A DNA stretch of 58,786 nucleotides, from the NCBI GenBank assembly GCA_964457775.1, contig CAYWEW010000008.1, positions 1 to 58,786 on the forward strand, read 5' to 3'. The translations under genes and the position numbers were made by a program. Every line of letters begins with the position of its first letter. Positions within the stretch are counted from its first letter, which is position 1. Below the pieces are notes generated by a model, which saw only the letters and a list, made by a program, of their open reading frames with translations, had not been told where the DNA came from and searched no databases. The DNA is from an uncultured Candidatus Saccharibacteria bacterium. GTDB taxonomy: Bacteria; Patescibacteriota; Minisyncoccia; Phycocordibacterales; UBA5272. This document shows, piece after piece, positions 1-8,868 of this stretch.

Positions 1-54
1 CTGGTACTGGTACTGGTACTGGTACTGGTACTGGTACTGGTACTGGTACTGGTA
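1..54. repeat. hexanucleotide tandem repeat (CTGGTA)x9, cut by window edge
   Basis: Nine perfect CTGGTA units from base 1 to 54. On the minus strand they read GTA CCA = (Val-Pro)n, in frame with the ORF below. Confidence 0.95.
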
Positions 55-670
55 CATCTATTTTATACTCCGGCTTATCATTTTCCTCAAAATTACTTAG
101 TGATGGAATTACATCCTCCTCTTTTCCGTCGCTATCAATATAAACAATTTCAGTATTGTTTATAGTTGTGTTTGATTGTTTATTAACAACTTGTATTTTC
201 GGTGGATCAGTAATTTCCTTGTTCTTGGGTAGTGTAGTTGTTGTTGTGAGTATTGTGGTTTGAGTAGTTGTGATTGGTGCTGATTTATTTACTGATGTTG
301 CTACAGTTTTTTCTTCTGGCTTAACTTCAGTGGGCTTAAATACTGGTAATACAACTGGCGCTGAAGCTGATGGCTGTAATGTAACCCTCTCCTCATTTTT
401 AACACCAACAAACACATCTTTTTGATGTGTTTGTTGTGTGTTAGTTGTGTTAACAACATTCGACTCTATTTTTGGAGTAACTAATTTATTTATGTTCGCT
501 AATTCATTAGTTTTTTTTGATGGTAAACTTTTGAACAATACGACTGCATCTTTAATAGTTTTTTCTTCCCAACCTCCTGCAGTAAGCAGTGTTACAAGCA
601 TCCCCTCATCGAGATTTGGATGACGTATAAGGAGTGTGTTTAATGTACTTTCTATCTCAGCAATAGTCAT
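1..670 (-). CDS. hypothetical protein, C-terminally truncated by window edge; Thr/Lys/Pro-rich linker ending in (Val-Pro)n
   Basis: Absent from the ORF track because there is no stop in the window. Manual translation from ATG (670-668) gives MTIAEIESTLNTLLIRHPNLDEGMLVTLLTAGGWEEKTIKDAVVLFKS...KIDVPVPVPVP, open down to base 1. The start overlaps the upstream stop as TAATG. Confidence 0.55.
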   Translation of the reverse strand, partial: MTIAEIESTLNTLLIRHPNLDEGMLVTLLTAGGWEEKTIKDAVVLFKSLPSKKTNELANINKLVTPKIESNVVNTTNTQQTHQKDVFVGVKNEERVTLQPSASAPVVLPVFKPTEVKPEEKTVATSVNKSAPITTTQTTILTTTTTLPKNKEITDPPKIQVVNKQSNTTINNTEIVYIDSDGKEEDVIPSLSNFEENDKPEYKIDVPVPVPVPVPVPVPVPVP

Positions 671-2697
671 TATTTTTTAGCCTTCTTTGTTGTTACTGGT
701 TCAACTTTTGGCTCTAATGACTTAAGAAAGGCCTCTAAATCAGCGTTTCCTGGGTTACGTCTAAGAAGCTCATCTCCAATTTGCTTTGCAAGGTCTGGTC
801 TCCCACCATCACGAAGAGCAAGTGCTAGGAAGTAAGCAACATTTGCATTGTTTTGATCTTTTTCAAGAGCTGCACTTAAAGCGTATACCGCATTCTGATA
901 ATCTCTCTTTCCGTAGAAAAGAAGTCCTGCTTGAATGTATGTTAATGGGTCATTCGGAGCACTCTTCACAGCTTCAATTGCATAATTTAAAGCTTCGTCT
1001 ATTTTACTATCTGATGCTTCAAGTTGACTCATAAGATAAAGAGCGTCTGCGAAGTTATTCTTCTTTTTGATTGCTTCAGTAAGAGATAAGCGGACCCCTT
1101 CTTTTGTTCCTGCTGCAGCTTCAAGACGAGCGAGCATAACATATAGATATGGGTTTTCTGGGTAGAGTTTAGTAGCTTCTTGATATGATTTCTTTGCTCT
1201 ATCAAAACCTCCTTCCTTATCAAATGGAACAGCAAGTTCATATGCACGTCCAAGAGAAACATAGTTTTGATAATTATTTGGGTTTGTTTTTACTGCCGCA
1301 AGTCCAGCATCTACTGCCTTTTGTGCGTTCTCTAAGTATTGCTTCTTTAGAGCCTCCTGATCCTGGGCTGTTGTAGAAATCAAATTCCTATTAGCTTGAA
1401 TGTAGTACTCAACTTGAACTCTGTAGAAACCATCATAAGGATAGATTGATATAGCTTTAGCAATATATGGGGCAACATCCTCTGTTTGTGCAACTGTTTG
1501 AGCTTTGTTGTATAGAGAGAAGGCACGAACTTTATTAATTGTTATAAACATATTAACTAATAAAATAAGCGTTAAAGGAACCATTAGGAATGCAACTTTC
1601 TTACTTGGGTGATGTTCACTCAATTTAGCTTTTGCAAGACCAAGTCCTGAAACTACCATCCATACTACAAGCATTGCATATGAGATTGGAATTAACCATG
1701 AAACAATGACAAAGTATACAAGCACTGAAACAAGTAGACCTAGGATAAAGTTTTCTTTACCTGTTGGGTTTTGGCGATAACTAACAAATGTACTATAAAG
1801 TGAAGTAAGGATAAGTGCCAAGAATGCAAGTAAACCAAAAATACCGATAGTTACAAAGAATGTGGTCATCGTGCTTGAACCTTGGTTGAAATCATATCCA
1901 AAATATGGTGATGATATTACTGTTTGTGGGCGGTATAGTTGCCAAGCGCGAGTAAAGTTTCCTGCTCCTATACCAAACACTCCTTCGTTTAGCATTACAT
2001 TCTTACCAACCATCATAGTACTAGTTAAGTTAGGACGAATACTGTCTTGTGAGGAAAGTGCTATTGCCCATGCAAAGAATAGAATTGATGTAATTGCAAT
2101 TGAAACCTTGTGTTTCTTTGGAATTGATCCTTTAAATACATAAAATAGACAAGCAACGGCAAATAAACCAATATATACAGCAAGTGACATTGGATTAGAA
2201 AATCCAGAGAAAATTTGCTTTGTAAAATTAGTGAGTGCCCCAGTGTACATTAGAGTTGTAACAAAAACTAACGCAGAAACACCTAGAAGTCCGACGATAA
2301 TATACTTAAGCTTATGTCTTAATGCCTCAGGCAAAGTTCTAACAAGGTACATTATTACTGGAAGCGAAATTAGTGATACGGCTGAGAACTGATCAAAAAC
2401 TTCCCCAAACATTGTAAATCTTTGGTTCTTTGCAAAAACTACAGACAATAGAACTGCTATAGAAAAAACAAAGTATGAGATAAATTCTAGTCTTGAGATT
2501 GTATGCCATGATCTTGTAATAATCGCAGAAAGTACATATGAAGTAATTGCAATACCGACAAGCAATGTCATTGTTACATAATATGTAACATCAGGTGCAA
2601 AACCGGTACGTGGAATAAAGAACAAAGGTGCCCCTACTACAATAAGCACTGTTGCGTATTGATAAAGACGAGTTAAAAAGGATGTAATAAACTTCAT
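670..2697 (-). CDS. polytopic membrane protein (O-antigen ligase/polymerase-like) with C-terminal TPR repeats
   Basis: 675 aa. About 10 hydrophobic helices in the N-terminal 400 aa. The C-terminal third has repeated A/Y/L-rich 34-aa TPR-like units (AYELA.., YLYVMLARLE, ALYLMSQLE, AYFLALAL). Confidence 0.5.
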   Translation of the reverse strand: MKFITSFLTRLYQYATVLIVVGAPLFFIPRTGFAPDVTYYVTMTLLVGIAITSYVLSAIITRSWHTISRLEFISYFVFSIAVLLSVVFAKNQRFTMFGEVFDQFSAVSLISLPVIMYLVRTLPEALRHKLKYIIVGLLGVSALVFVTTLMYTGALTNFTKQIFSGFSNPMSLAVYIGLFAVACLFYVFKGSIPKKHKVSIAITSILFFAWAIALSSQDSIRPNLTSTMMVGKNVMLNEGVFGIGAGNFTRAWQLYRPQTVISSPYFGYDFNQGSSTMTTFFVTIGIFGLLAFLALILTSLYSTFVSYRQNPTGKENFILGLLVSVLVYFVIVSWLIPISYAMLVVWMVVSGLGLAKAKLSEHHPSKKVAFLMVPLTLILLVNMFITINKVRAFSLYNKAQTVAQTEDVAPYIAKAISIYPYDGFYRVQVEYYIQANRNLISTTAQDQEALKKQYLENAQKAVDAGLAAVKTNPNNYQNYVSLGRAYELAVPFDKEGGFDRAKKSYQEATKLYPENPYLYVMLARLEAAAGTKEGVRLSLTEAIKKKNNFADALYLMSQLEASDSKIDEALNYAIEAVKSAPNDPLTYIQAGLLFYGKRDYQNAVYALSAALEKDQNNANVAYFLALALRDGGRPDLAKQIGDELLRRNPGNADLEAFLKSLEPKVEPVTTKKAKK

Positions 2698-2826
2698 AGT
2701 GATAAATAAATTTTAATAATTAATATGTAGATATAGTATATCGTGTATATAGATTAATTACACTGTGGACACACTGTGGACAAAATTATCTAAGTAAGTA
2801 CATATTCGGATGTATACTGTTGTTAT

Positions 2827-3024
2827 ATGGATACCCCTTTACTTAATCAGCAAGCTGTTCAAAATACTGAAGAAATTGAAGATATTTCTGAAGATTCAGG
2901 AAAGTTGAATATTTATCCTATAATTAGGCATCTTTTTTTAATTGTTTGTATACTTCTTACAATTTCAATTATTTTATTTTTGATTTATCAAAACGGCAAG
3001 AGTATATATGTTAAAGGTATCTAA
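2827..3024 (+). CDS. small single-pass membrane protein (hypothetical)
   Basis: 65 aa ORF with one hydrophobic helix (LFLIVCILLTISIILFLIY). Overlaps the next ORF start. Confidence 0.3.
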   Translation: MDTPLLNQQAVQNTEEIEDISEDSGKLNIYPIIRHLFLIVCILLTISIILFLIYQNGKSIYVKGI

Positions 3025-4588
3025 CCCCTTCTCTTCTGTTCCTCCACTTTTCTCTGATCTCTCTAAATCAATTGCTGGTGAAATAGATTGCTCCCAAGAG
3101 AAGTTGCAAAAATATAGTGTAGATGGTTCTCCTTATATGATTAGGCCTCAAGCTATTGTGTATCCAAAAAATGGAACAGATATTAAGCATGTCATTTCTT
3201 TTGCAAGAGAATATAATATGCCAATAACTGTGCGAGGTAATGGCAACTCAAGGACAGGAGGATCTCTTAGTGAGGGTATCGTGCTAGACATGACTAGATA
3301 TTTTACCCACATAAAGCAAATCAATATGATGGACGGCACTATTACCGTTGATGCGGGAGTGTCAGTAAAAGAACTTAGGGAGAAACTAAACGGGTGGAAG
3401 ATGGATATACCTTTATTAACAGCACAAGACGATGAGAGTACTATTGGTGGATTAGTTTCTACGAAAAGTTCCACTCCGACCTCTTTTCACTTTGGAACTA
3501 TAAGAGATTGGGTGGAAGGTGTTACGGTAACAGTAGACAGCGGGGAGGAACATCTTATTTCTGATGGAATTACTCCAAGCGGGAGACTCTTAGGTATATA
3601 TCAATCAATCTTCCCTATTCTTACGGAACATGGACCAATACTCCGTGCAGTGAAACCAGAAATTAGTGATGACTCCACTGGTTATTGTCTTTGGAATACT
3701 TCAATTGGACCTAGACAGCTTATAGATCAAATTGTAGGCTCTGAAGGAACTCTTGGAATAATAACTTCAGTTACACTTAGAATTAAGCATTATACTCAGC
3801 ACACCCTAACTGCTTGTATTCCTATTTATGATAAAAAAAATATTCCATTATATACAGATATTGCAAAACACCATAAAGCATCTAGTCTTTTTATTTATGA
3901 TTCTACTTTCATGGAATTAACTGATAGATACCATTTAAATAGCATCCCCTCCTACCCTGAAGCGGGTTATTCACTTTGTGTTTCATTTTTTGGAAACACA
4001 AAAGAGGAATTACACACAAAAATGCGTACCTATATTCGATCTCTACCAATTGAAGAAAATATTGTTACTTATTATGATGATAGAAAATTTATTGATAGAG
4101 TTACTAATCCTGATTTTTTGTTTTCACTTCTTAACTCTTATACACAAGGAACTCATATTCCTATAACTGTATGTAATGGAATTATTGTGTCCTTGCATAA
4201 ATATGAAAATCTTTTGGAAGATTTAGAAAACTATTTATACTCTACTGGGAAACTTTACACAATTACTGGTAATGTAGGGAGTGGCCACATTTCTGTAATA
4301 ACACTATTTGACCCACAATCTCCAACATATGAAAAAGAAATTAATGATTATACAGAGGAAATTTTTACATTCGTAAAAAAATATAAAGGTGGCATTAGTG
4401 CTTTAGGTGGAGATGGCATTGATAAAACCCCCTATGTGCCATTTATGTATAACGAGGCAACTATGATTGCTTTTAATGAAATTAAAAAAGCTTGGGACCC
4501 ATCTTTAATTCTTAACCCTGGTAAAAAATTGGGAACCACTCCGAGTTATTTAAATAATCACCTGAGAACGGATAGTCGAAAAGTCTAA
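3008..4588 (+). CDS. FAD-binding oxidoreductase (GlcD/FAD-linked oxidase family)
   Basis: 526 aa. PCMH-type FAD-binding region: PQAIVYPKNGTDIKHVISFAREYNMPITVRGNGNSRTGGSL..GIVLDM. Confidence 0.8.
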   Translation: MLKVSNPFSSVPPLFSDLSKSIAGEIDCSQEKLQKYSVDGSPYMIRPQAIVYPKNGTDIKHVISFAREYNMPITVRGNGNSRTGGSLSEGIVLDMTRYFTHIKQINMMDGTITVDAGVSVKELREKLNGWKMDIPLLTAQDDESTIGGLVSTKSSTPTSFHFGTIRDWVEGVTVTVDSGEEHLISDGITPSGRLLGIYQSIFPILTEHGPILRAVKPEISDDSTGYCLWNTSIGPRQLIDQIVGSEGTLGIITSVTLRIKHYTQHTLTACIPIYDKKNIPLYTDIAKHHKASSLFIYDSTFMELTDRYHLNSIPSYPEAGYSLCVSFFGNTKEELHTKMRTYIRSLPIEENIVTYYDDRKFIDRVTNPDFLFSLLNSYTQGTHIPITVCNGIIVSLHKYENLLEDLENYLYSTGKLYTITGNVGSGHISVITLFDPQSPTYEKEINDYTEEIFTFVKKYKGGISALGGDGIDKTPYVPFMYNEATMIAFNEIKKAWDPSLILNPGKKLGTTPSYLNNHLRTDSRKV

Positions 4589-4608
4589 AGTCTTAAAGTC
4601 CATAAAGT

Positions 4609-4641
4609 AATACAAGTGACTACTTCGTGGTCACTTGTATT
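4609..4641 (+). terminator. stem-loop after the FAD oxidoreductase gene
   Basis: AATACAAGTGAC-(9 nt)-GTCACTTGTATT, a perfect 12-bp stem. The AAGTGAC/GTCACTT palindrome also occurs at 19626-19647 and 26104-26125. Confidence 0.5.
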
Positions 4642-4659
4642 ACTGTGTTCAACTTTCGA

Positions 4660-5070
4660 CTACCTCATCGGCTTCCCCATCAAATGCTGTATCTGGTCTC
4701 TTGGGTCATAACTTCCACGGACTACTTCACGCGCCCACACACGGAATTCCTTACCCCATTCTCCCTTCACACGGAAACCGAGTGCGATCACCATGTCAGT
4801 ATTATAAACAAAAGTTTTTCTAGAAACTTTTTTCTTCCCCTCTTGTTGAGTAACCATTAGCACTCTTTCACTTGCAGCTTTCATTAATTCCTTTTCTCTA
4901 TAAATTTTCTTTAAGTGATCATTGATTGTAGGAATACTTCTTCCGTAGATTCGAGCAATTCTCTTTTGTGTACTCCATACTTCTTCATCCAAAATAAATA
5001 CCCCCTCTTTCACCAACTTCGGGTGATGGTCCATGTGTATACTTGGTATTGATAGGTCCTCTTTTTTCAT
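4660..5070 (-). pseudogene. RhuM-family (virulence protein RhuM-like) N-terminal fragment
   Basis: 136 aa. EVWSTQKRIARIYGRSIPTINDHLKKIYREKEL...FVYNTDMVIALGFRVKGEWGKEFRVWAREVV matches the conserved N-terminal RhuM pattern. The roughly 200-aa C-terminal part of the family is missing. Confidence 0.5.
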
Positions 5071-5251
5071 AAAATAAAGTATAGCATTATAAGTTAAAAG
5101 TTTATAAATTAATTTGAAAATAGAACTTATTTACGGCCAAGCCGTGAATCTGCTGATTCAAAAGTTAAAAGTGGGTACAAAAAATATACCCTTCGGTTAC
5201 GCTCTTGTATAACTTTAGACTTTATAAACTTTCAACTTTATAGACTATATC

Positions 5252-5896
5252 CTATTTATGTTTAACATCATCTAATGTGAAAAAGTCGAAGTCTTTTTTG
5301 AAAAGTTTGATTGCAATATGGTAAATACTATATGTAATAAAGAACGCAGCGAATACATCAATTGTATAATGAAGATGTGAAAGAAGTGCAGTAGCACCAA
5401 GTACAACAGAAGCAGAAAGGAAAAGTATCCTAATATATAGATGATTCCAAAAAATAAGAGCAATGAGGAAAGGTAGTCCCGTATGTCCTGAAAAAAACAA
5501 ATCATTTCCTGATGTAATAAAATTAAGTAAATTTGATTCTAGTTCTAATTTTAATGGAAAAGGTCCTATATGTGTCATCGATACAAACAATGAGCGTATT
5601 ACAATAAATAACGACACTGCCTTGATTAGAAAAGGTGCTGTTTTTGTAAATCTAAGACAAAGAGTAATAACAAAAAGTCCAAGCATAATAGCAACATACA
5701 CAAAGACTATTTCAAAATTATAAACTCTTGTATTACTAAGAATAATATCATTAACATGGTTACTTGCATTAATTTCCGCATAGCGACTTGCATAATGAGT
5801 AACATAAACACTTCCTATAAATAAAATTATAGACTCAAGCAAAGATGCGTAATATCTCATTTTAGAAACTGGTTTTGCTTCAGCTTTTTCTTTCAT
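5252..5896 (-). CDS. PAP2_C / sphingomyelin-synthase-like membrane phosphotransferase
   Basis: Multi-TM protein with SGHT (FFSGHTG) and HYTIDV...Y..H motifs characteristic of the PAP2_C/SMS-like family. Start taken at the internal Met (MKEKAEAK); the ORF track extends to 5932. Confidence 0.6.
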   Translation of the reverse strand: MKEKAEAKPVSKMRYYASLLESIILFIGSVYVTHYASRYAEINASNHVNDIILSNTRVYNFEIVFVYVAIMLGLFVITLCLRFTKTAPFLIKAVSLFIVIRSLFVSMTHIGPFPLKLELESNLLNFITSGNDLFFSGHTGLPFLIALIFWNHLYIRILFLSASVVLGATALLSHLHYTIDVFAAFFITYSIYHIAIKLFKKDFDFFTLDDVKHK

Positions 5897-5900
5897 AAAA

Positions 5901-6503
5901 TTATTTTTTATTTCCAAATACTTGATAAACACCGAACAAAATGAGGGAAGATATTGCGCCCAATGTATCCATCAACATATCTTTTTGAGCGTCCCAGATA
6001 TCACCTTGTGAACCCAAGAAAGCCGCCCCTGCCTCCCCTCCATAAGTAGTCGCATACCACCATTCGAACATTTCATAAACTGCAGCGAGAGAAATTATAA
6101 AAAATATCGGAAGTGCATATGCAATCCATTTTTTATTAACAAGCTTTCTTGATAATAAATATTCAGCGAACGGGTATGCATAGAAACCAACTGTAAAGTG
6201 TGCAACTCTATCATACATATTTCTTTCAAATCCAAAAAAATTATTAAACCAATCAAAAGGAACTTTTTCAAAAGTATAATGTCCTCCTACTGTATGCATG
6301 TAAATAAGCACACTCATAAGAACATATGAAGTATTTGAAAAACGAAGGCCATTAAACCAGCCAATGACTAGTAGTACGACTATTCCTAAGATAGGACCAT
6401 TTTCTACATACCAAACATCACGCGCATATGGATTGATACCAAGATATACAAAAAGAAATAAATACAGGGCTAGTAAAATATGAGGGAAGTATTTTTTAAT
6501 CAT
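5901..6503 (-). CDS. DUF2238/YjdF-like inner membrane protein
   Basis: 200 aa. INPYARDVWYVEN...RFSNTSYVLMSVLIYMHTVGGHYTFEKVPFDW follows the pattern I recall for YjdF-type proteins. Confidence 0.5.
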   Translation of the reverse strand: MIKKYFPHILLALYLFLFVYLGINPYARDVWYVENGPILGIVVLLVIGWFNGLRFSNTSYVLMSVLIYMHTVGGHYTFEKVPFDWFNNFFGFERNMYDRVAHFTVGFYAYPFAEYLLSRKLVNKKWIAYALPIFFIISLAAVYEMFEWWYATTYGGEAGAAFLGSQGDIWDAQKDMLMDTLGAISSLILFGVYQVFGNKK

Positions 6504-6557
6504 AATATAAAGTATAACACTTAACTTTAATCATTCTATTAATTACGAGTGCCTGTT

Positions 6558-7712
6558 CTAATGGTGGTGATGTGAATGACTATGAGAATCTTTAAATTCT
6601 CTACCATACAACATTATTGTTGCTATGAAAGTAGTAACAGGGACTGCTAAAACCAAACCAATGCTTCCAATTAATGTTCTAATTATCTCTGTTGCAAATA
6701 CTTCCCTATTAGCAATCTGCATAATGCTTGCATCTGACATAGAAAACAACAGAAGTAGTGGTAGAGACATGCCAACATAAGCAATAGCTAGGGTATTAAT
6801 TAGTGCGCCAATATGCTCGCGACCAATACGAAGAGCTCTCTTATAAATTTCCATTTTAGATAAATGTGGGCCGGCTTTACATAACTCTTCAACAGAAACT
6901 GCTTGTCCGATAGCGGCATCATAAAGAACTCCAAGTAAACCAATAATCATTCCACCTAATAAAAGTCCAACAAAATCAATTTTTCCTTTGGTGTCATAAT
7001 TCAAGTACATTGTCTCTTCTTCAACAAAACCAGATAGCATGGACATCTTCGTTGCAATATAGGCTAACAAACCAGTAATAATAACTGTGATAATCATTCC
7101 AAAAACTGCTGAGGTTGTTGTACGATTGAACCCATGTGTAATATATGAACCAAGAACAATAATAAGTGATGCAACTGAAATACTAATCAATAAAGCACTG
7201 TGCCCCAATAAAATATTTGGCAGAAGAACATATACGATTAATAAAAGACTGCCGACCAAACTTATCATCCCTCTTATCCCCTGCTTCCCCCCAAAAATAA
7301 TTATTAAAAAAACTAGTAACGCTGTAAAAAAATAAATTATATTTAGCCTGTACGGATCAGAAACAGAATACAGACTATATTCATCTTTAAAGCTTGTTGT
7401 TTCTTTCAGGAAAAAAACATCCCCTTCTTTAAGTTGAATAAAATCATTTTTAAAAGTTACGTCCTTTTGATTATTTTCACCTTCTAGAATCTTAACTTTT
7501 ATTTCCTGAACTGGAACAATGAGTTCACTCCCTTCAATTTTTTCTTCATGATTTGAAACTACACTAACTACAACAGCTTTTACAATTGTTTGTTTATCTA
7601 ATAGAATTTCTGCCCCAAAGGAAAAATAAACACTGGATAAAATAACTAAAAAATAAGTAAGTCTCTTCATGTTCGACATTATACCAAATGGAATCATTGA
7701 TATACTAGACAA
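6558..7712 (-). CDS. YibE/F-like membrane protein with C-terminal His-rich tail
   Basis: 384 aa: N-terminal helix, about 100-aa soluble segment, then about 7 TM helices. Ends in DSHSHSHHHH. The start may be the internal MKRLTYF (7670). Confidence 0.45.
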   Translation of the reverse strand: MSSISMIPFGIMSNMKRLTYFLVILSSVYFSFGAEILLDKQTIVKAVVVSVVSNHEEKIEGSELIVPVQEIKVKILEGENNQKDVTFKNDFIQLKEGDVFFLKETTSFKDEYSLYSVSDPYRLNIIYFFTALLVFLIIIFGGKQGIRGMISLVGSLLLIVYVLLPNILLGHSALLISISVASLIIVLGSYITHGFNRTTTSAVFGMIITVIITGLLAYIATKMSMLSGFVEEETMYLNYDTKGKIDFVGLLLGGMIIGLLGVLYDAAIGQAVSVEELCKAGPHLSKMEIYKRALRIGREHIGALINTLAIAYVGMSLPLLLLFSMSDASIMQIANREVFATEIIRTLIGSIGLVLAVPVTTFIATIMLYGREFKDSHSHSHHHH

Positions 7713-8868
7713 AAAATCCTTGTGTTCTTCTCATTATTTCAAAATCTTCGTCACTGTGCATTACACAAACACCAAGTGAACCTTCTCTTCCAATATAATC
7801 TCCACTTTTTGCATTTATATTTTTATCACTATCAATATGAATATTAAGCCATCCTAAACCACTACAAATTCTATCTCTCAAGATAAAAGACCTCTCTCCA
7901 ATCGTCCCGGAAAAAATAATTACATCTACTCCACCTAAAACAGATGCATACATACCAATATGTTTTCTTATACCATATGCAAATGTTTCAATAGCATTAT
8001 GTGCACCAATATGACCCTCCTTTTCTGCGTCAATAAGCACACGCATATCATCTGATAATTCACTTATCGCAAGTAGACCACTTTGAGTGTACAAAACTTC
8101 CTGTAGATTCTTTACAGTTTTTTTCTCAACCAAACGAAGCACTGCCCCAACATCTATACTTCCTACACGCGAACTCATCACAAGCCCCTCTAAAGGTGAA
8201 TAACCCATAGATGTATCGACACTTTTTCCATCAAGCACGGCTGTAATACTAGCCCCACTTCCAAGATGACAAATAATTGCTTTTTTTTCTAGCCCCCACA
8301 GTCTTTTTGATAATGTATTAACTATACCTGACAAAGAAATTCCATGATAACCAAACTTGGATATTCCGGCTTCTTCAGTTATTGATTTAGGTAATGCGTA
8401 TCTTTTAACTATGTCAGGCATTGTTGTGTGAAAGGAGCTATCAGAAACAGCAACAATCTTAATTCTCCCGAATAATTCATAAATCCTGTCTATTTCTTTT
8501 AGTATTGGGTCGATGTGAGCTACATCTTGCTTTGCAACTGCAGATAAATTTTTTAAAAAGGTCTTATCGATAATACGATCCTCGGTAAAATATTCTCCTG
8601 GAGCAACCAGTCTTAATCCAACTACAGATAACGCCTTTTCGTCTTCCAAATAATTATTTTTCTTAAGAGTGTTGTAAAAAGATGACAAACTGTCAGTAAA
8701 AATATTTTTTGAAATCTCTTTTGCACCCTCTCCTTCATAGGTAACTTCAAACTTATCTTTGTCACGTTCAAAATGAGCAGAACATAAAAGTAATTCTTCT
8801 TTGTAGAAAGAGTATTTTTTTGATGAGCTACCAATATTTATAACTAAGATGTTTTTTTCCATTGCCAA
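7705..8868 (-). CDS. ackA: acetate kinase
   Basis: LVINIGSSSKKYSFY (compare LVLNCGSSSLKF), HLGSGASITA, GYHGIS; about 387 aa. Confidence 0.9.
   Translation of the reverse strand: MAMEKNILVINIGSSSKKYSFYKEELLLCSAHFERDKDKFEVTYEGEGAKEISKNIFTDSLSSFYNTLKKNNYLEDEKALSVVGLRLVAPGEYFTEDRIIDKTFLKNLSAVAKQDVAHIDPILKEIDRIYELFGRIKIVAVSDSSFHTTMPDIVKRYALPKSITEEAGISKFGYHGISLSGIVNTLSKRLWGLEKKAIICHLGSGASITAVLDGKSVDTSMGYSPLEGLVMSSRVGSIDVGAVLRLVEKKTVKNLQEVLYTQSGLLAISELSDDMRVLIDAEKEGHIGAHNAIETFAYGIRKHIGMYASVLGGVDVIIFSGTIGERSFILRDRICSGLGWLNIHIDSDKNINAKSGDYIGREGSLGVCVMHSDEDFEIMRRTQGFFV

Larger units (their letters stand above)
4574..5245. mobile_element. AAAGTC-iteron palindromic element carrying a truncated RhuM-like gene
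   Basis: Left end AGTCGAAAAGTCTAAAGTCTTAAAGTCCATAAAGTAA (4574-4610). Right end is the inverted array AACTTTAGACTTTATAAACTTTCAACTTTATAGAC (5211-5245). The same end motifs are seen at four other loci. Confidence 0.45.
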
